Shown: piece after piece, positions 12,702-26,745 of the stretch
Position numbering within the stretch: position 1 is the stretch's first letter
How the letters are laid out: each line of letters starts with the position of its first letter
Assembly: GCF_037042905.1 (NCBI RefSeq)
Contig: NC_087250.1
Location: 4,714,001-4,778,000 of the forward strand
Reading direction: 5' to 3'
DNA length: 64,000 nucleotides
Source of the DNA: Lytechinus pictus
Lineage: Eukaryota
Notes under the pieces: generated by a model
The model's input: only the letters and a program-made list of their open reading frames with translations
Databases searched by the model: none
What the model was told of the DNA's origin: nothing
Program-made: the position numbers and the translations under genes

Positions 12702-14028
12702 TTTTTTCGGCATCACCAAATTTTTCCAAAGGGCAGATAGCTCTGGGGAACCTTGATTTAAGCTACGCCTACCATTGTTCTCTTCATCCATTTCTTTCAA
12801 AAAATGTTTAAAGTATACATCCAAAGAAAATTCACGAAAGTGATGATTATAGACAAATTATATATGAATGGAAAGGTCTTGTCTTTTTATACACAAATAT
12901 GTCACTAAAAAGTATTATTGATGTCGTGGAAATGCAAGAAATGAAATTATTAGAGACCCTTCTCAGCCCCCCAGCCGCCCCCAGACAGACAGTCACGCGA
13001 TCAAAAACAGTCGAGAATAATGACGTCACATGATCAACTCATCACTCTGTGCAAGCCAGCAGTACACTGATAGCTGAATCACCTTCCTGGTCTCTATTTT
13101 TCTTCGAATTTACCGTTTTCTTCATGTATTGTAATATCCGAATTCTGTTTTCGACAACTTCAGACTATAAGGGAACCAGAACTGTGTTATTTTGCCCGTT
13201 TTTTATTGAATTGTGAACTAGAAAGATCGATTTTGTCCACTCGACACGACAGTCTTCGTTGTGTTGCTCTACTAACTATTGAAAAACTCCAAGCTGCACG
13301 GTCCCATTCACTTGCTCCCGATGCATGTTGCAGGCTACGCTGTTTGATCCAGTCAAAAGTCAAGGTAAGCATGTTTGGAAACTGTACTTGTTCTGACGAT
13401 GCATTCAGGTCAGATGACAGATACAGATCTGATATAAGTTTAGAATCATGCATTTTGGCATAACTACTATTAACAAAATTAAAACGTTTTTATTTTAGAA
13501 ATAATGTTTTTGCACAATTCCAGCAGATTTTTCTTCAGATTTCTAAAACTGGTCAGGACTCAGGCAGGCGATTAAATTATTTAGGAGCACTGGTATGGAC
13601 CATGGCTGAAAATCTGCTGTTTCAGAGGAATGTTTAAGTTTTTATTATACACAGAATTATATCACCATGATGCCGATGTCATGAAGCCAGACAAATTTTC
13701 AGCAGTGATTACACTGATTCCTGGCCAAAATCACTCACACGTATTGCGAGGTTAGTATTAGTATACTAACCTCGCACCACGAACCGCGTTTGGCAGTGGA
13801 TTTCTAACTAGTGGGTCGCGCGTGCTGGGATCTCACTTCTTGGGTCCACGACTTCTATGGCTTGAATTTTCTGTGCGCGGCGGCATGTAATGAACCCTTG
13901 GGTGGGCCAAAATTAGAGTCTGGTGTTTCTTTCTGATTAGAGTGTTGCTGTATATATGTATGCGTAATGCCTTCAACAATGAAGATAAATGCAATCTTTG
14001 TAATGACACAGAGACTCAGAGAGCACCG

Positions 14029-14177
14029 TACCTCAAGTGATGTTCGTGTAGTCTCCACTTCACTACTGCTACAGCCTACACTACGCTACACACCTACCCG
14101 GGTAGGTGTGGCGTACATGTACGGTAGTGTAGCGGTAGTGAAGTGGAGTGGGGCCTACACAAACATCACTTGAGGTA
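14029..14177. mobile_element. 149-bp palindromic hAT-like MITE
   Basis: TIR TACCTCAAGTGATGTTYGTGTAG; 8-bp TSD GAGCACCG. Confidence 0.9.
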
Positions 14178-14375
14178 GAGCACCGGTGTTCTGAGTGGAA
14201 CTTTTCAGGTGTCTAAACCTACTATCATTTGTTGTTGACCGGGAATTACATGCCACCGCACGTCATCAATCAGCACGATAATTAAATTCATACTTTGATT
14301 TGATTATTTAAACTATTTCTTTTTTTCTCTCTTCTACACACAGATCTGCACACTTGCTGACTCTGGTGACTTCTG

Positions 14376-16417
14376 GGGCCCGTTTCATAAAGGTACAGCG
14401 TCAGCGTCAAGTCCCAAAACAGCGTCAAATTTTCACTTGCAGCGTCAAATTTAATATTTGACGCTGCAGCGCATTTCATAAAAAGTTGACGCTCCAGTGG
14501 GAGCGTCAACTTTTTACTGGAGCGTCAAGTATGGTTACTGGAGCGTCAAATAGGGTAAAATATTTGTCGCTGGTCATAGGGGAGCGTCAAGTTGACACTG
14601 TAAAGGGTTTTTCATTGTTAAGAATGGCGTACTTTGTGCTCAGGCATGCCCAAAGGACTCTTACAAGAAAACGGATATTTAGAGCAATGTCTGTGATAAT
14701 TAATAATGGTTACACTTCGTAATTCCGAAGGTTCTATATTTCGAAGGTTCGTAATTCCGAAGGTTCGTAATTCCGAAACACGTAAATTGCCTATACCTCG
14801 ATGTTCGTCAATCCGAACATTTGTGGCGTTATTCCGAAGGTTCGATAATCTGAAAACGAAATAAGGTTCGATGTTCCAATGGTTCGTTAGTCTGAAAACG
14901 AAATAAGGTTTGTTAATCATTATGTTTTCGGAATCACGAACCTCATTTTGTTTTCGGATTAACAAACCTTCGTAATTACAAACCTCACTTTGTTTTCGGA
15001 CTAACGAACCTTCGGAATAACGAACCTTATTTCGTTTTCGGACTTACGAACTTTCGGAATTACGAACCTTCGGAATAACGAACCTTCGGAATATGCGAAC
15101 CATTGGAATAACGAAGCTTCGGAATTACGAATGTATGCGTTAATAATGCTAATAACATGAATAAAGAATATATTAAGGGAACGCTTTCTAGTAGAAATGC
15201 AGTTTCTTTTTTGTCCTACCTACCAAAAAAAAATTGTTAAAAAATTCTTCCGAAACAACAAATTTTTCAGTTTATCACAGGGCAGGCCAAGGAAAAAAAA
15301 GGGAAGTTATAGACAGACTTTAAAAAAAGAAGACAAATGGAGAGGATTTTTTTTCTTGTAGGAAAAAATAGAGGAAGGTAGATCTATCATGTGGAAGTGT
15401 TTAATTTAAAGCCTAAATTAAAAAAAGTCCTAGGCCATAAAAAAAATGATAAAACCTTTTTTTCTGTTTCTGACTTTCTCAACAACAAAAAAGTCGTGGC
15501 CATGGCATTGTGGAATCCGTTTACTTTTAAAGTTTTAGTTTACGGTACTGAATGGTTATTCGCCGTTGAAACCGATAACTTAAAAATATTTCCATTATGA
15601 ACAAAAATAATCTTTTAAGGTCATTTTCGATGTTTCATACATAATTAGAGCCTACAAATTTACTTGCTTCAGGGTGATTTTTAATAGCACTGCACCAGCA
15701 GTGGCCTGCGCCTGCCTTGTTGTTGATACAACATTGCATTACCGACACAAATAGTCAAGTGTGGGACTGGGATGGAAATTGTACGGTATAAACTTTGTTG
15801 AAGGTGAAATTTCGACCGGCAATAATAATAAATTTTCCCCCTTTTTAAAATAATTTTTTCCCTGGCATAGGGCTAAATTAAATCAATTCTCTGAAAACTT
15901 ACACAATGGAGAAACAATGCTATGCCATCCTGTGACAAATTGATATTTTCTTCTTACTCTCTTCTAGAATTGCAAACTATCGCCATAGAGCCATCACTCT
16001 GCTTCAACTGCTAGTCTTATGCTGCAGACCCTGTTTGCAGCTGCTAAATAATAATTTCGCTCCCGAAAAAATTAATAAGCAAAAAAAAATAATAATATTC
16101 TCTTTCAATTTTTTTTCTTCTAATTTTGCTTCTCAAAGGGGGGGGGGGGGGCACGGGCCGGCTGTGCCCCCCCCCCCCCCTGGATCCGCCAGTGCTTTCT
16201 ACCTAAACTTATGACTTGAATTGAAAACAAAAAACTGGAGAGAAAGGGGATTTCCCCCTAATCAGCCTCGTACATGACTATTCAAATAAATAGCTGGAAA
16301 GTCAAGCTGACTTTCCAGCGAATGTGCTTTTATGAAATGCAAAGTTGCTAGCATAGCAAGCAAAAGCTGCTATTCTACCAGAGTTGCTATGATAGCAACT
16401 CTTTATGAAATGGGCCC
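14376..16417. mobile_element. PIF/Harbinger-like non-autonomous element
   Basis: GGGCCCGTTTCATAAAG / CTTTATGAAATGGGCCC, flanked by CTG and CAG, with AGCGTCAA subterminal repeats at the left end. The two ends could belong to different copies. Confidence 0.55.
14709..15139. mobile_element. Foldback/Mutator-like MITE with modular TIRs
   Basis: Tandem TTCGTAATTCCGAAGG units on the left, inverted on the right; TTAATAATG duplicated at 14700-14708 and 15140-15148. Confidence 0.8.
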
Positions 16418-18537
16418 CAGGTCTCTGCTTGCTACCTCAATCTGGGAGATTCCATCATGTCCTTTTTACTATGATTTGGATATAGCCATTTTTTTCTTCA
16501 CTCTTTCCAGGACCTACGGTTTGCAAGTTGTGGACTGATAATGATACAAAAGAAAAATGTTCTTTATCAATCTTGGAAACAATTTTGAGCACAGTTTTGG
16601 AGAGAACTAAGAAATTTGACTTGGACAGGAATACAGCTTGTCAAAAATAATAACACACAATTTAAACGAAAGAACAATTTTAATGTTACTAGGGCATTTT
16701 GCGAGAAATTTTATACTCAATCACACCATCACACGTCCCAAATCAAGGGTAAGTCCTTTGATTAAACATGTAGTTGAATTGCGATTGCAACTCGACCTTA
16801 TTACGCTTGAATTTGAATTTAAGACTTACGCTTGATTTGCAATTGAACATAAGTTTCTTGCAGTGCCCCATAATTATGTTTTGTTATCAGATATTTAACG
16901 TGCTGATTTTTCTCGAAAGGTATAATATATTTGTCCTTTTAAACGGTATTTGAATATGGGTACGCCTTTTATTTGTTTTCCACAATATTTATTGTATGTA
17001 TGAACAGAAGTGAAATATTTATTGTGAAGCACTGTGAATGTTGTGTGATGGTTCATCATTTTTGTTATAAGACTGAAAGCCTGGTGGATGTGAGGAAGTG
17101 GCCTGGATGAAAGAAAAGTGAACATGTGTCCAATTTGCATATTCTAAGACAATTTTGTTTCTGGATAAATTTTGCTATGCATTCCCTACATTAAGAGTAA
17201 AGGAGAAGTCCACGCAATCAAAAATTCATTTGAATTCAAAGAAAAATAACAAGATATTGCAGGAAATTTCATAAAAACTTTGATTCAAATTTATATAAAT
17301 ACTATTTTAATAGTTCCGTAAATATAACCTATTGTGATCAGATGAAGAGTTTCCTATCGTCAAATCTGCAAAGAATAAAAAACAAAATGCCACAAAAAAT
17401 AGAAACGAATGTGATGTGAGTGACAACTCTAATTTGCATTGTTTTGTGTATATTACTGTTTTGAGTAAAAACAACAAGGGAAATTACTCTATTCAAATAA
17501 TTTTTAGTTGATGTGGACTTGACTTTTAACTCTACCCCTCCCATCCCAAATAAGAGTAGAAATAATCTAATCAAGAACTTGAAAATCAAAAGCAGCAATT
17601 AAGAAGCAAGATTTCATAAATACAGGTCTGAATACAATTTCACAAGAAAATAAAAAGAGAAAAAAAGATGGGTAGTTACGGGGAAGGAATAAAAAAAAAA
17701 GTACCCAGAAAAAAAAATCCGAGTTTCGAACCAGGGTCCTCGCACATGACAAAACAATGGCCAACACATTTGGCCACAGACCATCACCCTACCGGGAGGC
17801 ATTTTTAAGATATATGAAAGAAAGTCCGCTCGCCGCTGTTTCCTAATAATGCTTCGGCAATTCAACTGCATTTTCAGTCATTTCGCGATGGATATTGCCG
17901 TGTTTTTGTGTGGTTCCTGACTTCGCTACTTAATGAAATTTCATAATTTTTGTTCAGTCATAAAGAAGAATGTCTATGCTTTATATTGATTATAACATTA
18001 ATGTGACGCAAGTGTGATTTCTACGTGAAAATATGCTTTGTTTATTCACATATATTTCTTGAAAAAAAAAAAATTCTAAGCTAAATATCGGTTACCAAAA
18101 TACGTTAAATGTGCATTTTTTTTTCACTGTTCAGTAAATTCAAGCTTTTATCTATATAACAAGACCAATCTTCAGAGGAATAAACAATTCTAAGAGCAAA
18201 AAACGCTGATTGGAAAGATCGTCTCCAATTGGCTGCTGTCAGCTCAGCTGCTCACTGCTCATTGTGTGACGTCACTCAGCTGGAGCTCGCAAGAGGACCG
18301 GTGGAGGGCAGAAATATGGCATGAAAATAAATCATTTTTGAGAGCTGATTTCTGCAATCTCTGATCACTATTTTGAAAAGTGAAGTTATTTATCTGATTA
18401 GTAATACTTCCCCTTACAATGATGACCACATAAAGTCATTATAAAATACTTTTGATTCTTCGGATGTATACTTTAAATAAAAGAGTTGCCAAAGCTGTTG
18501 TACATGTATAATTTCACCAAAAAAAACCCCCCAAAAA

Positions 18538-18568
<31 letters not shown>

Positions 18569-18609
18569 CTATATATATATGTATTTATTTTTTAAAATAA
18601 TAAACTTAC

Positions 18610-18828
18610 GGCGTGTCAAAACGTACGTTGCCAGTCTTTTACCGATCTTTGTGAATAGATCGTGGCTCTTTTCAATGAGTTCAACTTGTTCTTGGCTCTT
18701 ATATTCATAGGACGGTTTCACATCAAATGCAGTCTTGGCCGAAAGTAATTCAATGAAAGAGTTGTCCTCACTTCCGCTGTCCAACAGATGCCTTGAAATG
18801 GTTTCCACAATCGGTCGTCCATCTATCA
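18610..18828 (-). CDS. PDZ-IL-1-like gene, exon (linker plus beta1-beta3)
   Basis: Acceptor tgttgtgcttcatag| (an in-frame alternative AG gives a start at 18822), donor |gtaagt. Phase 1 to 1: (V)IDGRPIVETISRHLLDSGSEDNSFIELLSAKTAFDVKPSYEYKSQEQVELIEKSHDLFTKIGKRLATYVLTR. Confidence 0.85.
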
Positions 18829-18926
18829 CTATGAAGCACAACAAAAGGTTTTTTTTTTCTTCATAAATTCGACTCGTCATATAAAAAAAAAAATGCGAGC
18901 CATATTTTGTATCCTCAACAATAATT

Positions 18927-19432
18927 GACTATCTGAATATAAAAACGGCCCAAGTCCAAGTTTTGGCGAAATTAGGTTAAATATGGGAAATTTATCCTTA
19001 TTCAATGACTCATCTTGTGTATAAATGATAAATCTGAAATCATCTCAGAAATCCCTTAAATTAAGGAGGAAAATCTGGTATGAGTGTAAGAAAAGCCCAA
19101 TTCCAAGTTCAGGACTTGGGCTTTTCTTATATCATAGCGCCCTCTCTCATTACTTCTACTACTTACTACAGAATCCTACCATGTTTATGAATGTAAGAAT
19201 GTTCATATGATTACAAATACGACTCAGGTTTGCCAGACAAAAGGCCCCGCCCATCAGTAACGTGAATATCAATTTTCATTGAAAATGAACAATTGAATTT
19301 GTTTTATGATGTTCTCTGATGTCTTTTGGCCAAATATACTTCAATTGCCCAAATTAAAAAAATAAGTTTTTTTTTTTTTATTGTCTCGAAATGACCTCCA
19401 ATAGACTTGGGCCTTTTTATATTAATATACTC
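18927..19432. mobile_element. Sola-like MITE
   Basis: AATT|GACTATCTGAATATAAAAACGGCCCAAGTC ... GACTTGGGCCTTTTTATATTAATATACTC|AATT; 4-bp TSD. Confidence 0.75.
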
Positions 19433-20152
19433 AATTGTCATAGCGTATAATGTGGTTAAGAAAAAAAAAACGGGCATTAAAACATTTTAATTACTGGTTC
19501 TGTCTAATACCAGAGAAATTAAACGCTCTTCAAATCTTCGGGTCAAATTAACACTAAAATTAGGAATGTTTGGTCACACTCAGTAAATGAAGTAACATAA
19601 ATGTACAAAAAAATGATTACAAAACTTTACGAGTGCTACATCTGTTATCAAAATGTTAACTCCATCATGTCCATGGGCGCAAATACTTACTCTTGATATT
19701 TTCTGACTATGAGCGATGACTGTTTGAAAAGTAACCGATTGTTTATTTTTTGTATCCCTCAGTACTGTTTTGGCTTGTGCAATTAAGACACCCATTTTGG
19801 CTATTTATAATTCCCATCCTTCGTAAAGGACACGAAACTGGACTTGAAGTCGTCAGATCCAACACAACTTTGACGTATTGAGCCAAAACTTTTGAGGGGC
19901 TATAGATAGGGCGTATCGGGGAAAATTTATCAAAAAATTGCAAGCGATCCAAAATTTCGATATTTTCAATACAATATCGATTTGTTCACCGTTCCTTATT
20001 TTTCTCGCCTGTTTCTTTTTCTGGGTCGTATTTTCTTGTCTCTTTTTTTTGTCTCGGTTGTTTATTTTTTTCGGGAGGGAGGGGCAAGCGCACCTGTCCA
20101 AGCCCCCCCCCCCCCATCTCTACTATATTTTGTGAAAAACAACATATCACAC

Positions 20153-20219
20153 CTTTTTCGTTGAGATGGAAAGCATATAACCACTTCTCCTCGTCTTGGT
20201 GCTCTTTCCGTTTGATAAC
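20153..20219 (-). CDS. PDZ-IL-1-like gene, small exon (end of PDZ)
   Basis: Acceptor ctttctttgaattgtag|, donor aag|gtgtga. 67 bp, phase 0 to 1: VIKRKEHQDEEKWLYAFHLNEK. Confidence 0.7.
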
Positions 20220-20502
20220 CTACAATTCAAAGAAAGTTGAGCAAAACACTTTTTATGGCTACAGTAGACTTAGGCCTTTCGGAACTCGTATTTCGAGTCA
20301 TCATCCATTTGTCTCTCTTATTACTATTCTTAATTTAATTATCTATATTTGGGGGCAATTTTATGCCTCAAATACAGAGAAAATGCTGATCATTAGAAAT
20401 ACTAGATATATCAATATCATAACTGCTCGTAAACTTAAAGTATGCAGAAATCACGCCCTTTCTTTTATTATCAGATACAATATTGCGTTCATTGACAATA
20501 AA

Positions 20503-21120
20503 TGACATTTGACCTTGATCATGTGACCCAAGACTTGTCAGTGATACTTGATTACCCCTATATCTACATTATATAAACTATGTCTATAAACTTTGAAAGT
20601 TATGACAGCAATCTAATAAACACCTCCTAAATGGTCAAAGATATGACCTTTGACTTTGGTCATGTGACCTAAAGTTAGCACTTGTTCAGTGCTACTTGAT
20701 TACTCTTACGTCCTTTTTTTATGAACTAGACCAATAAATTTTCAAAGTTATGATAGTAATTCAACAAATACCCCCAACTTGGCCAAATTTCATTGACCTT
20801 ACATGACCTTTGACCTTAATCATGTGACCTGAAATTCACACAGGATGTGAAGTGGTACTTGATTACTCTATGTCAAAGTTTTATGAACTAGACCAATAAA
20901 CTTTCAAAGTTATGATAGTAATTCTACAAATGCCCTCCAACATTTCCAAAGTTCATTGACCTTAAATGACCTTTGACCTTAATTATGTGACCTGAAACTC
21001 ACACAGGATATTCAGTGATACTTGATCACTCTTATGGCCAAGTTTCATGAATCAGATTAATAAAATATCACAGTTATGATGGTAATTCCATAGATAACCT
21101 CAACTTGGCCAAAGTTCATG
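20503..21120. repeat. ~155-bp tandem satellite, ~4 units
   Basis: Recurring TGACCTTTGACCTT..TCATGTGACC and GATACTTGATTACTC blocks. Confidence 0.8.
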
Positions 21121-21564
21121 TAAAGTTAAAAAAAGAGAATGAATGAATAGATATTATCAAAAGAGTGAGAACAAATAATATGAAATTAATATATTTTTTC
21201 ATCTGTCAATACATATTGAATGTAATAAATCAACATTAACAATACAAAAATTGTTACAGATACAAAATTACAAATCATGTGAAAAAGACAATCAAATACA
21301 CAGGAGTGAAATATCATTGAAATTGGGTACTCAGATCAATATTTGCGACAGATTGTAATTATCCAGAAAATATCTTCGAATTTATTTAACCCTATACCAT
21401 CTTCATTTTAAATAATTTATTCCACATGTAATTTAGTCTCCTTTCTCGGTGTCGCTCGTAGAAGCTTTTTTTGTGGGGGGGGGGGGGGGGGGCGGGGAAG
21501 GTGGGGTGATGCACCCAAGCCCCCCCCCCCCTCCCCTCCCCATGCTCGCCTGTGTTTGCCTTAC

Positions 21565-21673
21565 CAATCCAATACGAGTACCGATATCTGCCAAACACTC
21601 TAGGACTGCTAACTGGATTGTATTGGTCAAATCAGTCTCAATGTTGTTGATACTCAGCAATTCATCATGATTT
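21565..21673 (-). CDS. PDZ-IL-1-like gene, exon (PDZ C-terminal half)
   Basis: Acceptor attctttgctacag|, donor |gtaagg. 109 bp, phase 2 to 0: (R)NHDELLSINNIETDLTNTIQLAVLECLADIGTRIGL, matching the PDZ 'GD.ILxIN' motif. Confidence 0.85.
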
Positions 21674-22059
21674 CTGTAGCAAAGAATTAATATATATATA
21701 TATATATATATATACTGTATAACTGAAAATAATAATGATGATAATGGCAATAATGATTACAAAAATTACAATAATACTAATGATAGCAGCAATAATGATT
21801 ATAATGATTATAATAATAATAATGAAAATAATAATAGCAATAATGAGTATAATCATTATAATTTTAACTCTAATAATAAAATCAATAATTATAATAATGA
21901 TAATAATAAAAGTAATAATAATAATAGTAATAGCGATAATGATTATAATACTACTATTACTACTAATAATGTGCTTACATACAGTACTTATCAAGTATCT
22001 GAGCGCTCGACAATAATTCTGCATAATTACCCTGGATTAAGCTTGTTTAGCAGAGCAGC

Positions 22060-23084
<1,025 letters not shown>

Positions 23085-23152
23085 AGAGCAGCTGTTACGC
23101 GCACTTCATTTCAAGGATTAAATTCCTGCCATGTACCATTTTACCTCAACTG

Positions 23153-23315
23153 GGGGCCGTTTCATAAAGCTGTTCGTAAGTTAGGAGCGACTGGTGAAGC
23201 TTTCTTACTTGCTAAATAATCGTCAAAGAACATTTAATGGTGAATATCATATAAAGGATCACTGGTCGTTCTTAAAGTTGCTCTTAACTTACGAACAGCT
23301 TTATAAAACACCCAC
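23153..23315. mobile_element. PIF/Harbinger-like MITE
   Basis: TIR GG..CGTTTCATAAAGCTGTTCGTAAGTTA; 3-bp TSD CTG. Removing it restores the SINE sequence. Confidence 0.85.
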
Positions 23316-24435
23316 CTGGGTTGGGCGCAGGCTGTGCTGCACAGGGTGAATCAATTTCTTGCGAAGGAAATAAGACGCCATGGCTGGGATTCGAACCCAG
23401 TATCCTCTGTTTCAAAGACCGATGACTAATTCACTGGGCCTCGATTTATTTTACACGAGTTGTTTTACTAACCCTTCGTCCATAAATCCATATGAAATGT
23501 TTTTTTGTCCGAAACGCAATTTTCTGTTGTGTGCCCTAGGGTATATACCCAGTTCAATGTGCCTTCTCGCATTGGTGCCCCTTTTTACCGCACAAAAGTG
23601 CGGCAAAGAACATGTCCTGTGCCCCTTTCACCTGAGGAGGACTTGTTTTGTGTGTCAACGAGTGCCATTTTGCCTTCTCATATAGGTGCCCGTTCTTTAT
23701 AATCAGATAAGTTGTCCTGAAAAACACATTTTCCCGTGCCCGATGTGCGCCCGGTTTCTCTATTTAGCGCCGTTCTGCTCCCTTCTGCAAGTGCATAATA
23801 AATGAAAATTTTTTTTAAAAATAGTCCTACGTGCCTTAAGTTTCATAAGTCATGTGAATGGGGTAGATGGGTGGGGCAGGGGGTAGTTGCCCCCCCCCCC
23901 GAAATTTTGAAAACTCACATTTTTTTTAATGCAGATTTTCACAAAGTTCACCAAAAGTATACCAAAAATCATTTAATTTCACCTAACAAAATGCGAAAGC
24001 ACCTCAATGATAAACTCGGTCGCTTCACTCCCTCGCTTTTAAGCTTTTTTCCAAAAAGTTTACACGTGCTGCCCCCAGCGAAATTTTTCTGCATACGGCC
24101 ATGTTTAATATAGTGCCCTTTTTTAAAGAAACGGTGCCCTTTTTTCCCTGTGTGCCCCCCCCCCCCACTTTCAAATTCGCTCCGCCGCCCCTGGATTTGA
24201 ACTAGAATTGAACCAAACATGCGAAATGGCAAGTTGATCTGAAGGAAAAGAAAAATTTGGATAAAATCGAACGAGGCAATAAGACTCTCCCACATCTAGC
24301 GGCTAAAATTGAATAAAACAGATATTCAATTCAGTTTGTACTGTGTAGGATTCCTCGCATCGTTCCATGAAGAATATTCACGAGTTCTTTTTTTTTTATT
24401 TGCCTTGTTTTGTTTAGTTTTGTTTGGTTACTTAC

Positions 24436-24554
24436 CTTAGTCCGACATCATATGCCAATCCGGAGCCATCGATATCCCTGATCACGTGACGACAATCATG
24501 AGAGTGAAGGCGAGCTCCGAAGTAAGTGACAGCGTAGGGTTTGTCGGTGACATA
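24436..24554 (-). CDS. PDZ-IL-1-like gene, exon (PDZ N-terminal half)
   Basis: Acceptor tttttgtacag|, donor ag|gtaagt. 119 bp, phase 0 to 2: YVTDKPYAVTYFGARLHSHDCRHVIRDIDGSGLAYDVGL, with a carboxylate-loop-like YFGA and the 'G.A...GL' motif. Confidence 0.85.
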
Positions 24555-25540
24555 CTGTACAAAAATCTTCCTAATATTCGGAAGCTGAGTGTAGATTGAA
24601 TTTTCAAAAATGTGAATTAAAAATTATACATAAAGATTTACAAAGTTATAAAAAAAATATTAAGTCGAAAAATATATCGATATGTATATTCCTAATAATA
24701 TGAATTAAGATGCATACATATGAATATATATAACATTGAGCAGATGATGATATTAAAAATATTAAATAATAAGATGGATATAACATTCCTATGTATATGT
24801 ACGTATAATATTGTGCAGTTAAAACCTTTAAAGATATTAAAAATATCAAATTATTATATGTATATGTTTATACTGTGCATATCAAATAAAAGTTTACACT
24901 TTGAAAATGTCCTTGTTATTATAAACAGGGGCGTGGTTACTGGGGGCGGGGGGCACGTGTCCCCATGGTCCCCCTTTGGAGCCGTGTTATGTGCAAACGC
25001 CGGGATATGTGTAAACAACTGTATATGTCCAACATTTCGCCGGGTTTTGTGCAAACAACGGAATTTGTGCAAACGCCACGCCGGGAAACGTGCAAATCTG
25101 TCAAAATTTATCAACTGCATCTGTGCAAACGTGACGACGGGATATGTGCAAATCACTGTTTTTATCAATATAAAGGCTATTTCTCATGAAATGTTTCATT
25201 AAATTACTGTTAAAATGAGAAACATGCCTGCATAAGGGAGAAGCTACAGTGCCATCGGCAATGTAACGCTTTTCAGAGAGGCGGCGGGGGGGGGGGGGGG
25301 GGGGGCATCAGACTAAAATTTAAGGGACACTAAATTTCGAACACTGCCTGAGGCACTTTTAAGGCAAATGGGGCACAAACGTATTATTGTTTTTGGTCAT
25401 TCGGGCGAGAGATGTTATACCCATTACCCACACTGTTATAACACCCTCAAACGTATAACACATTACACACTAAGATCGCCGGCAAATGGGCAAATGGACT
25501 CAGACACACCATTGTGTGCAATGGATATATATAAACATAC

Positions 25541-25577
<37 letters not shown>

Positions 25578-25669
25578 TTGGTCTTTACCTAAGACCCGGT
25601 TATTTCAAAACTTTGAAAAAAAAATATTAAAAACTAAGACCCACTATCGATTGGAATAACATGGATATA

Positions 25670-26141
25670 CAGTGCGTATCAAAAAAAAGTTTACACTTAG
25701 TGAAAAATGCTGGAGATGTCTGATATAAACTTTTGTTCAGATTCAGTTATGTCCTCAGATCCAGCTGGCACAAAAAGGGTAAAGGTTGTGCTTACTAAGT
25801 GTTGAAATTTCAATTTGGGTGGCACAATGCTTGAATGTATGTTTTATTTCAATTGACTAAAGGCGGAAGGGAAATGTATGAGAAATGTTTCGCAGGGTAA
25901 GTTTGATTTCGCCCGTTCCCCTTGACACAGCGTGAAAACGAGCATTTCTGCGAATACAGATTTCTGCGAGCTTTACGAAAATGGACAGTGCTCACTCAAG
26001 TGTGGCATTCTGTCAAAACTTTTACTTTCATTGGATAGATGAGACCCAAACCCAAGATTATAATTGAAAAAATTACCCACATGTTGTATATTTTTATTCC
26101 CAGGGCTTTTTTAAAGTGTTAACTTTTTTTGATACGCACTG
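25670..26141. mobile_element. Tc1/mariner-type MITE
   Basis: TA|CAGTGCGTATCAAAAAAA ... TTTTTTTGATACGCACTG|TA. Confidence 0.9.
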
Positions 26142-26745
26142 TAGAGTGTAGTCTTTTAATACTCCAGACCCGGTCATTTAACAATTTGAAGATCCTTCTA
26201 AACTAAGATCCTGTACTAAAAAGCATACGTAAAGAGCATAGTCTTTCAAAAATAATTAAAAACTGCAACACCTCACCGTCTACCAAATTAAGACCCTGTA
26301 AAAATGAATATAGAATGTAATATTTACCCCAGACCCTGTTATATTAATAACAATAAAACAAATCAAATTTAAGAACCTACCGTCTCATTCCTGTGGAATA
26401 ACATGAGTATAAAGTTTAGTCTTTTACTACAGACCGGGTGATTAAACAAATTCAAAACTATTAAAACCCCGCCATCTTCCACTACTAAGACTCTGTAATA
26501 AAGAACGTATATAACGTATTCTCAATTCTCCACACCCGTTTATTTAAACAAATCTTCAAGACCCCACAGTCTCATTCCTGTGAACAACGGAATGGAGTAG
26601 GAGCGCCATTTTTTAGTTCTAGTCATGAAATTTTCATAATATGACCTTCATCGTCAGGAACCATTATTTGAGGTAAAGACCGGTTGATTATATCAATATA
26701 ACATTCGGTGTATCATCTGACGTATTTTGGGGGATTTCCCCCCTA

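Larger units (their letters stand above)
12812..18472. mobile_element. TTAA-flanked non-autonomous DNA element (Kolobok/Crypton-like), 5.7 kb including nested inserts
   Basis: TTAA|AGTATACATCCAAAGAA ... TTCTTCGGATGTATACT|TTAA (16/17 match). No transposase ORF. Confidence 0.75.
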
